A DNA stretch of 61,233 nt, filler included, from 9 parts of 9 records of this genome joined end to end with filler, not necessarily neighbours in it; one strand, 5' to 3'. Positions 19,713 to 29,848 are shown, counted from the first letter of the whole stretch. Made by a program: numbers and translations. Notes: generated by a model from the sequence alone, not told the origin.

Positions 19713-20222
19713 ATGGCAAAAATAACATTCATAACAGGCGGTCAACGCTCAGGAAAAAGTAGCCACGCACAGCGTTTGGCTGAAGAAAAATCGGACGCTC
19801 CAATTTACCTGGCAACAGCACATATTTGGGATGACGATTTCCACGAGCGGGTAAAACGTCACCAGTCCGACCGCGGCGAGCAGTGGCAAACCATCGAAGA
19901 GGAAATTGAAATTTCAAAACACGATTTGGCAGGAAAAACTGTTTTAATGGATTGCGTAACCTTGTGGCTTACCAATATTCTTTTTCAGAATAAAAATGAT
20001 ATTGATGCCAGCCTTGAACAAGCAAAAAATGAATGGATAAAATTCATTGCACAAGACTTTGAACTTATTGTTGTAAGCAACGAGCTTGGAATGGGAGTAC
20101 ATCCCGAGAATGAAATTGCCCGCAAGTTTGCCGACCTGCAAGGTTGGATGAATCAACATATTGCATCAACTGCCAGCGAAGTTTTTCTAATGGTTTCAGG
20201 AATTCCCGTAAAAATTAAATAA
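19713..20222 (+). CDS. cobU: Adenosylcobinamide kinase / guanylyltransferase
   Basis: ITGGQRSGKS, YLATA, RVKRHQSDR, DCVTLWLTN, VSNELGMG, MVSGIP. Confidence 0.95.
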   Translation: MAKITFITGGQRSGKSSHAQRLAEEKSDAPIYLATAHIWDDDFHERVKRHQSDRGEQWQTIEEEIEISKHDLAGKTVLMDCVTLWLTNILFQNKNDIDASLEQAKNEWIKFIAQDFELIVVSNELGMGVHPENEIARKFADLQGWMNQHIASTASEVFLMVSGIPVKIK

Positions 20223-20270
20223 TAACTAATATGAACTACTGTGCCTGTTGTGGTACTAAAAAAATATAAA

Positions 20271-21275
20271 ATGAACTTAAAAGAACAATTACAACACAAA
20301 ATCGATAGCAAGACCAAACCAATTGGCTCGCTGGGATTATTAGAAGATATTGCCTTACAAATTGGCCTTGTACAAAATACTTTGTCGCCAAAAATTGAAA
20401 AGCCGACCCACCTTGTTTTTGCAGCCGACCATGGTTTAACCGACGAAGGAATTAGTCCGTACCCAAAAGATGTTACCTGGCAAATGGTGATGAATTTCTG
20501 TGTTGGCGGAGCATCTATCAATGTTTTTTGTAGCCAAAACGAAATGGATCTGAAGGTTTTTGATGTGGGTGTTGATTACGATTTTGCAGCAGAGTTACCG
20601 GTTATTAACGCCAAAATTGCACGTGGTAGCCGCAACATGCGTAACGAACCTGCCATGACTTTGGAAGAATGCAGAGCTGCAATGAAAGTTGGTGCCGACG
20701 CTGTTAAAGCGGAAGCCCAAAAAGGCTGTAACACAATCGGATGTGGCGAAATGGGAATTGGAAACACTTCTTCTTCGGCATTGCTAATGCACAAGTTTAC
20801 AGGCGAAGCAATTGAAAATTGTACAGGGCGCGGAACAGGCTCGAACGATGAGCAGCTGGAATTTAAAAAGAAAGTTTTGGCCGAAGTGGCTCAAAAATAC
20901 AATCCTGCAACACCGGAAGAAACACTGGCAACTTTTGGTGGCCTTGAAATTGCTTCGATGGTTGGTGCATATCTTGAAGCCAAAAAACAAAATATGCTTA
21001 TTTTAGTTGACGGATTTATTTCAACAGCAGCAATTATTACTGCCATAGAAATAGATAAGTCGGTAAAAGATAACTGCATTTTCTGCCACTGTTCGGATGA
21101 AAACGGACACAGTAAAATGCTGGATTACCTTGATGCGCGCCCATTATTGCATTTGGGTATGCGTTTAGGCGAAGGAACCGGTGCTGCAGTGGCTTTGCCG
21201 CTTGTAAAATCGGCCGTTAATTTCCTAAACGAAATGAGTAGTATGGAAAGTGCGGGAGTGAGTGATAAAGATTAA
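20271..21275 (+). CDS. cobT: Nicotinate-nucleotide--dimethylbenzimidazole phosphoribosyltransferase
   Basis: TKPIGSLGLLE, FAADHG, GEMGIGNT, GGLEI, VDGFI, MRLGEGTGA. Confidence 0.96.
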   Translation: MNLKEQLQHKIDSKTKPIGSLGLLEDIALQIGLVQNTLSPKIEKPTHLVFAADHGLTDEGISPYPKDVTWQMVMNFCVGGASINVFCSQNEMDLKVFDVGVDYDFAAELPVINAKIARGSRNMRNEPAMTLEECRAAMKVGADAVKAEAQKGCNTIGCGEMGIGNTSSSALLMHKFTGEAIENCTGRGTGSNDEQLEFKKKVLAEVAQKYNPATPEETLATFGGLEIASMVGAYLEAKKQNMLILVDGFISTAAIITAIEIDKSVKDNCIFCHCSDENGHSKMLDYLDARPLLHLGMRLGEGTGAAVALPLVKSAVNFLNEMSSMESAGVSDKD

Positions 21276-21396
21276 TTTGGGATCCCCTGTTTCGGCCTCG
21301 TCCGATAAATCGGAGTTTTGGCCTCCAGTGGTTGTACAAAAAGTACTATTAGAATGAAATAAGTTTACGATTGGTAATTTGCCACTTAGTTTGTGA

Positions 21397-21452
21397 CCCG
21401 CTAATCCCCCGAAGGGGAAATTTCCTTCCCTTCGTTAACGCCATTTGGGGGC
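21397..21452. repeat. REP-like palindromic remnant between cobT and cobS
   Basis: cccgctaatcccccgaagggga resembles the reverse complement of the 3184-3208 unit (tccccctttgggggattaagggg). Confidence 0.55.
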
Positions 21453-21572
21453 AAGCTTACCAACGAATAAATTTATTTTACATACCTTTTGAAACTGTCA
21501 GTTGGAACTACTGGCTTCGAAGAAGTACCAGCCGCAACAGGGAGTAGTATTCACAATAAAACAACAGCTAAA

Positions 21573-22334
21573 TTGAAAAACGAACTAAAAATATTCCTTA
21601 CAGCTCTAAGTTTTTACACCCGCGTGCCAATTGGAAATATCAAGGGGTGGAGCGAGGACATGCTCAATAAATCAACCCGTTATTTTCCGTTGGTTGGGAT
21701 AATTATCGGCGGTGTTGGAGCTTTGGCATTTTGGATGGCCGCATTTTATTTGCCGGTTTCCATAGCCGTAATTTTAAGTATGGTAGCAACAATTTTGTTT
21801 ACCGGTGCTTTTCACGAAGATGGTTTTGCCGATTCCTGCGATGGTTTTGGCGGCGGTTACATGCCCGAACGTATCCTGGAAATTATGAAAGACAGCCGCA
21901 TTGGAACATACGGCTCAATTGGTTTATTTGCCATGTTGGGAACCAAATTTGTAACGCTGATGCACATTGATACCATTCGGATTCCGATTATTCTAATCGC
22001 CGGACATGCTGTTAGCCGCGTTTTTCCGGTATTATTGATTTACACCTCGAATTACGCGCGCCTTGATGCCACAAGCAAAACCAAACCAATTGGTAAGGCC
22101 GATTCTACTTTTTCGTTGCTGTTTGCTGTAATTACAGGCAGCCTTACTTTGTGTTTGCTGAACTGGCAGGAAGTAGTAATTGGAATTGGAATATTGGTTG
22201 TTGTGGCGTTCTTTTTCAGGAATTATATTATTCGGAAATTGGGCGGTTACACGGGCGATGTTTTAGGCGCATTACAACAGCTTTCAGAAGTGTTTTTTTA
22301 CATAGCCATTCTTGGCTTTCAGAATTATTTATGA
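21573..22334 (+). CDS. cobS: Adenosylcobinamide-GDP ribazoletransferase (probable TTG start)
   Basis: FYTRVP, TGAFHEDGFADSCDGFGGG, IMKDSRIGTYG, GGYTGDVLGA. Confidence 0.96.
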   Translation: MKNELKIFLTALSFYTRVPIGNIKGWSEDMLNKSTRYFPLVGIIIGGVGALAFWMAAFYLPVSIAVILSMVATILFTGAFHEDGFADSCDGFGGGYMPERILEIMKDSRIGTYGSIGLFAMLGTKFVTLMHIDTIRIPIILIAGHAVSRVFPVLLIYTSNYARLDATSKTKPIGKADSTFSLLFAVITGSLTLCLLNWQEVVIGIGILVVVAFFFRNYIIRKLGGYTGDVLGALQQLSEVFFYIAILGFQNYL

Positions 22335-22867
22335 GCCTATATGTAATCCGACATACTAAAGTTGCCGTTGAACCTGGCGTTTGTTACGGGCAATCCGATG
22401 TGTTGCCGGCCAAATCGTTTAATGCAGAAAAAGAAAAGATTGCTCCTCAAATTAATAACGTTAGATTCGAAAGAATTTATTGCAGCCCACTTTCGCGTTG
22501 TAAAATTTTGGCAGAAAATCTTTTTGAAAAAGAAACTGTAATTTTTGACGACCGCCTGAAAGAATTGAATTTTGGCGACTGGGAAATGAATACTTGGGAA
22601 GACATCTATTCCAAACCGGAAGGAAGAGTGTGGATGGATAATTATCAGACTTTGCCTACTAAAAATGGCGAGTCGTACCCCGAAATGGTAAAACGTGTGC
22701 AGCAATTTCTTGTCGAATTAAAATTGGAAAATGCCGGGAATATTGCAATAGTAACACACGCCGGAGTAATTCGAATTTTAAAACACTTAATTGAAGGTGT
22801 TGCAATTTCTGAGTTGTTCGAGAGTTTTAAACCTGCTTATGGAAGCGTAACGAAATTTAAAGTGTGA
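22331..22867 (+). CDS. cobC: Alpha-ribazole phosphatase (histidine phosphatase)
   Basis: IRHT, CYGQSD, SPLSRC, LKELNFGDWE, GES, VTHAGVIR; ATGA overlap with cobS. Confidence 0.92.
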   Translation: MSLYVIRHTKVAVEPGVCYGQSDVLPAKSFNAEKEKIAPQINNVRFERIYCSPLSRCKILAENLFEKETVIFDDRLKELNFGDWEMNTWEDIYSKPEGRVWMDNYQTLPTKNGESYPEMVKRVQQFLVELKLENAGNIAIVTHAGVIRILKHLIEGVAISELFESFKPAYGSVTKFKV

Positions 22868-22882
22868 TTAAAAGAATTTGGT

Positions 22883-22890
22883 TATTTTTG
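22883..22890 (+). promoter_or_regulatory. Bacteroidota -7 promoter element (TAnnTTTG) ending 4 nt before the MNT start codon
   Basis: tatttttg-ttat-ATG. Confidence 0.55.
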
Positions 22891-22894
22891 TTAT

Positions 22895-23212
22895 ATGACG
22901 AAGGAAAAAGAAAATATCCTGAATTTGATTTCACGTAATATACATGAAGTTGATCCGAAAAGTGTGGTGTATCTTTTTGGATCGAGAGCTCGCGGTGATG
23001 AGTCGCCTGATTCAGACTGGGATATTTTAATTTTAACCGATTATCCGGTCACTTTAAAGGATGAACAACGGTTCCGACATCACTTGATAAATCTTGAGCT
23101 TGAACTTGGCGAAGCCTTTTCTACCTTCGTATACCAAAAAAGTACCTGGGAAAATAAACATCAGGTTACTCCTTTTTACCAGAATATTAAAAACGAAGGG
23201 ATTCGAATTTGA
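22895..23212 (+). CDS. Minimal nucleotidyltransferase (MNT) antitoxin-like protein
   Basis: LFGS-RARGDESPDS-DWD matches GS-X10-DXD; 105 aa. Confidence 0.9.
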   Translation: MTKEKENILNLISRNIHEVDPKSVVYLFGSRARGDESPDSDWDILILTDYPVTLKDEQRFRHHLINLELELGEAFSTFVYQKSTWENKHQVTPFYQNIKNEGIRI

Positions 23213-23598
23213 ATGAATCAGATAAAATACAATACGTAAAATACAGGCTTGAAAAAGCGGAAGAAACGTTACTGGCAGCGAAACAACTGGCTGAAAGCGG
23301 ATTCTGGAATTCATGTGTGAATCGTTTTTATTATGCTTGTTTTTATGCAGTCAGTGCCTTGTTGGTAAAGGATGATATTATAAGCAAAAGTCATTCTGGT
23401 ATTAAGACTCAGTTTTTTCAAAATTATATAAAGTCGAAGAAGCTTGATTTAGAATATGGAAAGCTTTATTCTGATTTATTCGACTGGCGACAAAAAGGAG
23501 ATTATAATGATTTTTTCGATATGCAGGAAGAAGATGTGCTTGAGTTGATAGAGCCGGTTGAAGACTTTATTGAATCTATTCAAAAATTACTACTCTAA
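23209..23598 (+). CDS. HEPN-domain protein, partner of the MNT
   Basis: NRFYYACFYA, SH.G, WRQKGDY; 4-nt overlap with the MNT gene. Confidence 0.88.
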   Translation: MNESDKIQYVKYRLEKAEETLLAAKQLAESGFWNSCVNRFYYACFYAVSALLVKDDIISKSHSGIKTQFFQNYIKSKKLDLEYGKLYSDLFDWRQKGDYNDFFDMQEEDVLELIEPVEDFIESIQKLLL

Positions 23599-23623
23599 TT
23601 TTATTTCATCAGTATTTCAGAAA

Positions 23624-25102
23624 ATGTTAAAACAAAAACAATACCGCCCAATAATGTTTGTGGGCACCGGTTCCGATGTGGGCAAAAGTGTTATTAATGC
23701 CGGTTTTTGCCGCATTTTTAAAAACGACGGATTAAATCCCGCACCGTTTAAAGCACAAAATATGTCGCTGAATTCTTTTCCCACTGCCGATGGTTTGGAA
23801 ATTGGCCGGGCGCAGGCTGTTCAGGCCGAAGCATGCAAAATTGAGTGCCGCGTTGAAATGAATCCGGTGCTGTTGAAACCAACCGGTTACATGGATTCGC
23901 AAATTGTGTTGAACGGTAAACCGTGGGCAAATAAATCGGCAAAAGCATATTTTAACGAAACCGACCGCGATTTTCTTTTTGGCGAAGCTATGAGTGCTTT
24001 TACGCGTTTGGAAGAAGAATTTAACCCGATTGTGGTGGAAGGTGCCGGAAGTATTTCGGAAGTAAACCTTTGGGAAAAGGACATTACAAATATGCGGGTT
24101 GCGGTTGAGAAAGAAGCAGCCACATACCTGATTGCCGATATTGATAAAGGCGGTGTTTTTGGCAGTGTTTACGGAACTATGCTGCTTTTACCCGAAGCCG
24201 AAAAAAAACAAATCAAGGGAATATTAATCAATAAATTCAGAGGCGATATTTCGCTTTTCGAAGATGGCGCTAAAAAGCTGGAAGAGCTTTGCGGAGTGCC
24301 GGTTGTTGGCGTAATTCCTCACTTCCGCGATATTTATATCGATGATGAAGATTCGGTGGTTGTAGATAAAAAGCAGTTTAAATCGATTGAAGGGAAAACA
24401 AATATTGCCGTGGTTTTACTGCGCCACATGTCGAATTTTACCGACTTTAATTTTTTGGAGCAAATGCCGGATGTAAACCTGTTTTACGCTGCCACTCCCG
24501 AAGATATTGACGAAGCTGATATTGTAATTCTGCCCGGCTCTAAAAATACCATTTCCGATATTCTTTTTCTGCAAAAACAAGGAATGGTAAAAGCCATAAA
24601 AAAAGCCCACGAACAAGGCAAAGCAGTTTACGGTATTTGTGGCGGTTTTCAAATGATGGGGAAAATGATTTACGATCCGCAACATCTCGAAGGAAAAATC
24701 GATAAAGTTCCGGGACTTGGAATCTTGCCTGTTGAAACAACTATTACCGAAGAAAAAGTTACCGAACAATGCACCTTTTCTTTTCAGAATGAATTAAGTG
24801 GGAAAGGCTACGAAATTCATATGGGCGAAACGGTTTGCGAAAATCCAAGCCCGGTTTGTTTGGTAAATGGAGAAAAAGAAGACGGTTATTATTTGAATGC
24901 GAAAACCTGGGGAAGCTACATTCATGGTATTTTTGATAATGCGGAAATTGTAAACGCCATACTTGCCGAAGCCGGACAGAACGTAACTGCGGAGATGGAT
25001 TTTCAGCAGTTTAAAGATGAGCAGTACGACAAGCTGGCCGATCTGATTCGCGAAAATGTGGATATGGATTACATTTATAAAACAATGGAAATTGATGAAT
25101 AA
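23624..25102 (+). CDS. cobQ: Cobyric acid synthase (CobQ/CbiP)
   Basis: GTGSDVGKS, PFKAQNMS, EGAGS, INKFRGD, SNFTDF, GICGGFQM, GYEIHMG, YIHG. Confidence 0.96.
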   Translation: MLKQKQYRPIMFVGTGSDVGKSVINAGFCRIFKNDGLNPAPFKAQNMSLNSFPTADGLEIGRAQAVQAEACKIECRVEMNPVLLKPTGYMDSQIVLNGKPWANKSAKAYFNETDRDFLFGEAMSAFTRLEEEFNPIVVEGAGSISEVNLWEKDITNMRVAVEKEAATYLIADIDKGGVFGSVYGTMLLLPEAEKKQIKGILINKFRGDISLFEDGAKKLEELCGVPVVGVIPHFRDIYIDDEDSVVVDKKQFKSIEGKTNIAVVLLRHMSNFTDFNFLEQMPDVNLFYAATPEDIDEADIVILPGSKNTISDILFLQKQGMVKAIKKAHEQGKAVYGICGGFQMMGKMIYDPQHLEGKIDKVPGLGILPVETTITEEKVTEQCTFSFQNELSGKGYEIHMGETVCENPSPVCLVNGEKEDGYYLNAKTWGSYIHGIFDNAEIVNAILAEAGQNVTAEMDFQQFKDEQYDKLADLIRENVDMDYIYKTMEIDE

Positions 25103-26083
25103 CATTGAAATTATTCTTCCATTATTAATTGGTTTTATTTTAGACTGTTTGATTGGCGATCCACACCGTTTGCCGCATCCCATTCGTTTATTTGGGAATT
25201 TGATTGCCTGGGGCGAAAAGACACTGAATCAAGTTAAAAGTGTACAATACGGCTCTTTACCCATTAACTCAAAGTCGCCGGGTGAATCAAACGGAAAGAA
25301 GTTAAAAGGAGCAATAATGGCTCTTACTCTCATTTTGTCAACATTCTTTTTTTCTGGTTTTTACTGAAATTGATTTCCGGTTACGAATATTTGTATCTGG
25401 TAATCTGCTCGGTTTTTGTGTTTTACGGGCTGGCAAATCGTTCGTTAATTCAAGAGTCGTGGAAAGTTATTAGCGTGTTAAAGAAAGACGGAATTGAAGC
25501 AGGCCGCAAACAGTTAAGTATGATCGTAGGCCGCGAGACCACAAAATTAAATGCCCACCAAATTCGCACCGCAGTTTTAGAAACCCTTGCCGAAAACCTC
25601 AGCGACGGAGTAATTGCCCCACTTTTCTTTTATGCGCTTGGTGGCGTACCGGCAATGTTGGCGTATAAAATGGCCAACACCCTCGATTCAATGATTGGCT
25701 ATAAAAGCAAACGTTATAAAGATTTCGGAATGTTTGCCGCAAAACTCGACGATGTGCTAAACTGGATTCCGGCACGTTTAACAGCCATTTTTATGGTGCT
25801 GGTTACCTTTAGTTGGCGAGGTGTAAAATTCATTTTTAAATACGGACGAAAACACAGCAGCCCCAACGCCGGCTACCCCGAAGCTGCTTTGGCAGGTATT
25901 TTAAATTGCCGTTTTGGCGGGCCAAATATTTATCACGGAGTTTTGGTTGAGAAACCATTCATTGGCAAGAATAATCGAAATGTTTCTGATAAAGATATAA
26001 TAAAAGCCTGTTCTGTAAATTTCTTTACTGCCCTTGTTTTCATTGTTTTAATAGTTGTGATTTATACCTTGCTTTTTTTGTAG
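25095..26083 (+). CDS. cbiB: Adenosylcobinamide-phosphate synthase, frameshift in a T-run at ~25347-25353
   Basis: GDPHRLPHPI, IVGRET, ENLSDGVIAPLF, YKMANTLDSMIGY, SPNAGYPEAA. Confidence 0.92.
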
Positions 26084-26172
26084 GACGATTTTGCTGAACA
26101 ATTTATAATTATGTTTTGTATATTGGAATATAGAAACACGTGTTGGAGGAATTAATTCTTTTTTAGTTGAAA

Positions 26173-26196
26173 CACAGTTCGACTCCGCTCACTGTG
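26173..26196. repeat. Truncated REP-like palindrome at the contig end
   Basis: cacagttcgactccgctcactgtg (cacag/ctgtg arms). A similar truncated hairpin, cccgaggtctcttatcgggaatcc, starts contig 2 at 12354. Confidence 0.5.
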
Positions 26197-26297
26197 NNNN
26201 NNNNNNNNNNNNNNNNNNNNNNNNNNNNNNNNNNNNNNNNTTAATTAATTAANNNNNNNNNNNNNNNNNNNNNNNNNNNNNNNNNNNNNNNNNNNNG

Positions 26298-26774
26298 CAA
26301 CGCTGGTCGTTTAACCTTCAGGTTTATTTCTTAAACTCACGGTTTAAACAAATTATCGACATTCGAAAATCGGGAAAAACCATTATTCAGGATAGGACAA
26401 TTTATGAAGATGCCGAAATTTTTGCGCCTAACCTTCATAGTATGGGCTTGATGAGTACACGCGATTTTAACAACTACAAATCGTTGTTCGATTTAATGGC
26501 AAGTCTTATTCAACCACCTGATTTATTGATTTATCTTAGGGCTTCTATCCCAACTATTGTAAATCAAATTCAGAAACGTGGCCGCGAATACGAAAACTCT
26601 ATTCGTTTAGATTACCTAAAACAATTAAACGAGCGTTACGAAAACTGGATTAACGGCTACAAAATGGGAAAATTATTGATTGTGAATGTTGATGATTTAG
26701 ACTTTACAGCCAATCCGGAAGACCTGAGTTTTGTTATCGATAAAATTGATGCACAAATTCACGGATTATTTTAA
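26298..26774 (+). CDS. Deoxynucleoside kinase (5' truncated)
   Basis: RWSFNLQVYFLNSRF, QDRTIYED, PDLLIYL, KRGREYE. Confidence 0.9.
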   Translation, partial: QRWSFNLQVYFLNSRFKQIIDIRKSGKTIIQDRTIYEDAEIFAPNLHSMGLMSTRDFNNYKSLFDLMASLIQPPDLLIYLRASIPTIVNQIQKRGREYENSIRLDYLKQLNERYENWINGYKMGKLLIVNVDDLDFTANPEDLSFVIDKIDAQIHGLF

Positions 26775-28022
26775 TCTGTACACTTTCCAACAGAACCATT
26801 TTCCCCCGGCACCAGCTCAAAAATTTGCTTTGACTTTAGGCCAGGCTCGTTTCTGTGCGATACGTATATAATGGTAGTTTGCCCTTCATCGGATATTTTA
26901 TTCACCAGCGCCGAAAGAATACCGGCATTGTAATCATCAAGTCCATGCGACGGTTCATCCAAAATAAGTAACGGAGGATGTTTTATCATAGCCCGGGCAA
27001 TTAAAACCATACACTGCCGTCCTTCGCTTAATGTTGAGAAACGCGCAAACTTAAAGTCGCCTAAACCAATTAAATCAATCCATTCCCCTGCAATGCGACG
27101 TTGCATTTCGCTTGGTTTTTTGTAAAGGCCAATGGAATCAACCAATCCCGAAATCACCATTTTTTCAACAGTATTCCAACCTCTGAATAAAGTTGTCATC
27201 GACGGAGTAACGTAACCAATATTCTTTTTAATATCCCAAATACTTTCTCCGCTTCCGCGTTTGTGTCCAAACAACGATAAATTCTGACCGTAAGCTTTTG
27301 GATTACCACCGGTTATCATAGTTAGCAGCGTTGTTTTCCCTGCTCCGTTTGGCCCTTTCAGTTGCCAAAAATCACCTTTTTTTATGGTCCAGTTTATGTC
27401 TTTTACAATGGTGCGTTCGCCATATTTAACCGTAACATTTTCGAAGTTCACAAACGGATTCTTCATGATTGGCAGCTCTCCCAAAGGTTCTGGCAACTCT
27501 CCGGCAAGCGAAAAGGAATTATCCACAGCATGGCTATTAAAATATTCCGCAACCGGCCCAGAAAAAATAACTTTTTCATTCTCAATAAGGAGGGCATTTT
27601 CGACAAACGGCAGCAAATTATCCTTACGTTTTACAACTTGAATGATCGGAATTTCTTTTGAAAGCTCAACAAATCTTTTTTCCATAGCTTTGTTGCGATG
27701 CCACATCCAGCATATCGAAAGCACTGTCGAGAATAAAAAAGTCGGGCTCTTTCGAAAGCAAATGATTCAGCAAGGCTTTTCGCTGTTCGCCACTAGAAAA
27801 AGTAAGAATGCTTCGTTGTTTCTCTGCCGAAAGTGTATAATCGTCGTGCGAAACTTCTTCTTTAATAAACTGTTGGAGCGTATGTGTCGAAAACAAAACT
27901 CCGCATTTCCCCTCGAAATAGTGCAATTCTTCAGCTGTATTTCCTTTCAGTAATTTTTTAATGAACTCCGATTTCATTGAAAGTGTGCTTGTAAAAATTG
28001 CCCAATGCTTATTTTGTGTCAT
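26771..28022 (-). CDS. ModF-like ABC ATPase with a degenerate N-terminal domain, frameshift at ~27690
   Basis: GPNGAGKTT, SGESIWDIKKNIG, LSEGRQ, ILDEP; N-terminal half has FSSGEQRK. Confidence 0.8.
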
Positions 28023-28026
28023 GCTG

Positions 28027-28034
28027 CAAAAGTA
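28027..28034 (-). promoter_or_regulatory. Bacteroidota -7 element 4 nt upstream of the ModF-like ATG
   Basis: Minus strand reads TACTTTTG-CAGC-ATG. Confidence 0.6.
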
Positions 28035-28110
28035 ACAATCCTTTTTCCCGATAATAAAAATGATATTCGCTAAAATTGTTAATTTTAGATTTTGTATACA
28101 AAACATAATC

Positions 28111-29826
28111 ATGAAACAATTTATCTATTTATTCCTCTTACTTATAATAGCTGCGTGCACCTCGCACACCGAAGAAGAAATTTCCTTTCAGACCATATGT
28201 AACCCGATGAACCTTAGCTACCGTTTTCGTCCTGAAACCAACGAAACATCGCGCCGTGAGGCTGCCGATCCCTCTGTTATTCGTTTTAAAGGAGAATATT
28301 GGTTGTTTGCCTCGAAATCGGGTGGGTACTGGTATTCGAAAGATTTAACAGACTGGACTTTTGTGGAAACCAACGAAATTCCAACCGAAGAATATGCTCC
28401 AACGGCAATTGTTCTGAACGACATCGTTTATTTCCTGGCTTCGTCGCGCCAAAAAAGTACGCTTTATAAATCGGCAGATCCGAAAAGTGGCAAATGGGAA
28501 GTTGCCCGCGAAGAAATAAACCTTCCGGTTTGGGACCCCGCATTTTGGCTCGACAATGACGGACGCCTGTACCTGTACTGGGGCTGCTCGAACGAAACAC
28601 CAATTTGGGGAGTAGAATTAAACATTGAGAATAATTTTGAATTTATTGGCGCCCCCAGCGAGCTGATTTTTGCTCACCCCGAAAAATACGGCTGGGAAGT
28701 ACCGGGCGATTACAATACCAGAAAAGAAACCGCTCCATGGATTGAAGGTGCCTGGATGAACAAATACAAGGGAAAATATTACCTGCAGTATGCCGGCCCC
28801 GGAACAGAATTTAAAAGTTACAACGATGCAGTTTATGTATCGGAGAATCCGCTTGGTCCATATGAACTTGCAGCTCATAATCCGTTTGCTTACAAGCCCG
28901 AAGGTTTTGCAGCCGGCGCCGGCCATGGCAGTACTTTCGAAGATGAATATGGTAATTTTTGGCACATTGGAACAGTTACTATTTCGCAAAAACACATGTT
29001 CGAACGCCGCTTAGCACTCTATCCAACTTTTTTTGATGCAGACGGAATAATGCACTCCAATACCAAATTTGGCGATTACCCGACAATCGTTCCTGACAGA
29101 AAAGTGGCCAGTCATGATGATTTATTCCCCGGATGGATGTTGCTTTCGTACAATAAGCCGGTTAAAGTTTCTTCGGAAGAAAAAGGATTTAATGCGAAAA
29201 ATATAAACGATGAAGACATCCGAACTTATTGGGCTGCAAAAACCGGCAGCGACTCGGAATGGGCAAGCATCGACCTGGGTGAGCAATACGATATTTACGC
29301 CCTTCAAATAAATTTTGCCGAACATAATACAAAACTTTACAACCGTCAACCTGATTTGCATTACAAGTATATTGTTGAAGCCTCGAACGATGCCGAAAAA
29401 TGGACAACTATTATTGATAAATCGGAGAATAACAACGACCGCACGCATGATTATGTTCAGTTAGAATCGAAAGTATGTTATCGTTACCTGCGTATAAAAA
29501 ATCTGCAAATTCCTGATGGAAGTTTTGCTCTGTCAGGTTTTAGAGTTTTTGGGCTAGGAAATGGTGCTCTGCCTAAAATGGTGAAAAATTTTAAGCTTGC
29601 CAGAAATGAGCAAGACCGACGAGACGTAACTTTAGAGTGGGATAAACAGGAAAATGTTACAGGTTATAACATCCGTTTCGGAACATCAAAAGATAAATTA
29701 TACCAGAATTATATGGTGTACAATACCAACGAACTAACAATAAGAAGTTTGAATGCCAGGCAAGACTACTATTTTGCGATTGAGGCATTTAACGAAAATG
29801 GAATTGGGGAATTAAACAGGAAATAG
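28111..29826 (+). CDS. GH43 glycoside hydrolase lipoprotein with F5/8 type C (CBM32-like) and FN3 domains
   Basis: Lipobox IAAC; AADP, WDP, WIEG, GAGHGS; NINDEDIRTYW..IDLG; C-terminal FN3 (VTLEW..GYNI..YYFAIEAFN). Confidence 0.88.
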   Translation: MKQFIYLFLLLIIAACTSHTEEEISFQTICNPMNLSYRFRPETNETSRREAADPSVIRFKGEYWLFASKSGGYWYSKDLTDWTFVETNEIPTEEYAPTAIVLNDIVYFLASSRQKSTLYKSADPKSGKWEVAREEINLPVWDPAFWLDNDGRLYLYWGCSNETPIWGVELNIENNFEFIGAPSELIFAHPEKYGWEVPGDYNTRKETAPWIEGAWMNKYKGKYYLQYAGPGTEFKSYNDAVYVSENPLGPYELAAHNPFAYKPEGFAAGAGHGSTFEDEYGNFWHIGTVTISQKHMFERRLALYPTFFDADGIMHSNTKFGDYPTIVPDRKVASHDDLFPGWMLLSYNKPVKVSSEEKGFNAKNINDEDIRTYWAAKTGSDSEWASIDLGEQYDIYALQINFAEHNTKLYNRQPDLHYKYIVEASNDAEKWTTIIDKSENNNDRTHDYVQLESKVCYRYLRIKNLQIPDGSFALSGFRVFGLGNGALPKMVKNFKLARNEQDRRDVTLEWDKQENVTGYNIRFGTSKDKLYQNYMVYNTNELTIRSLNARQDYYFAIEAFNENGIGELNRK

Positions 29827-29848
29827 GAGGTGAAAAAAATCGAGAGGA

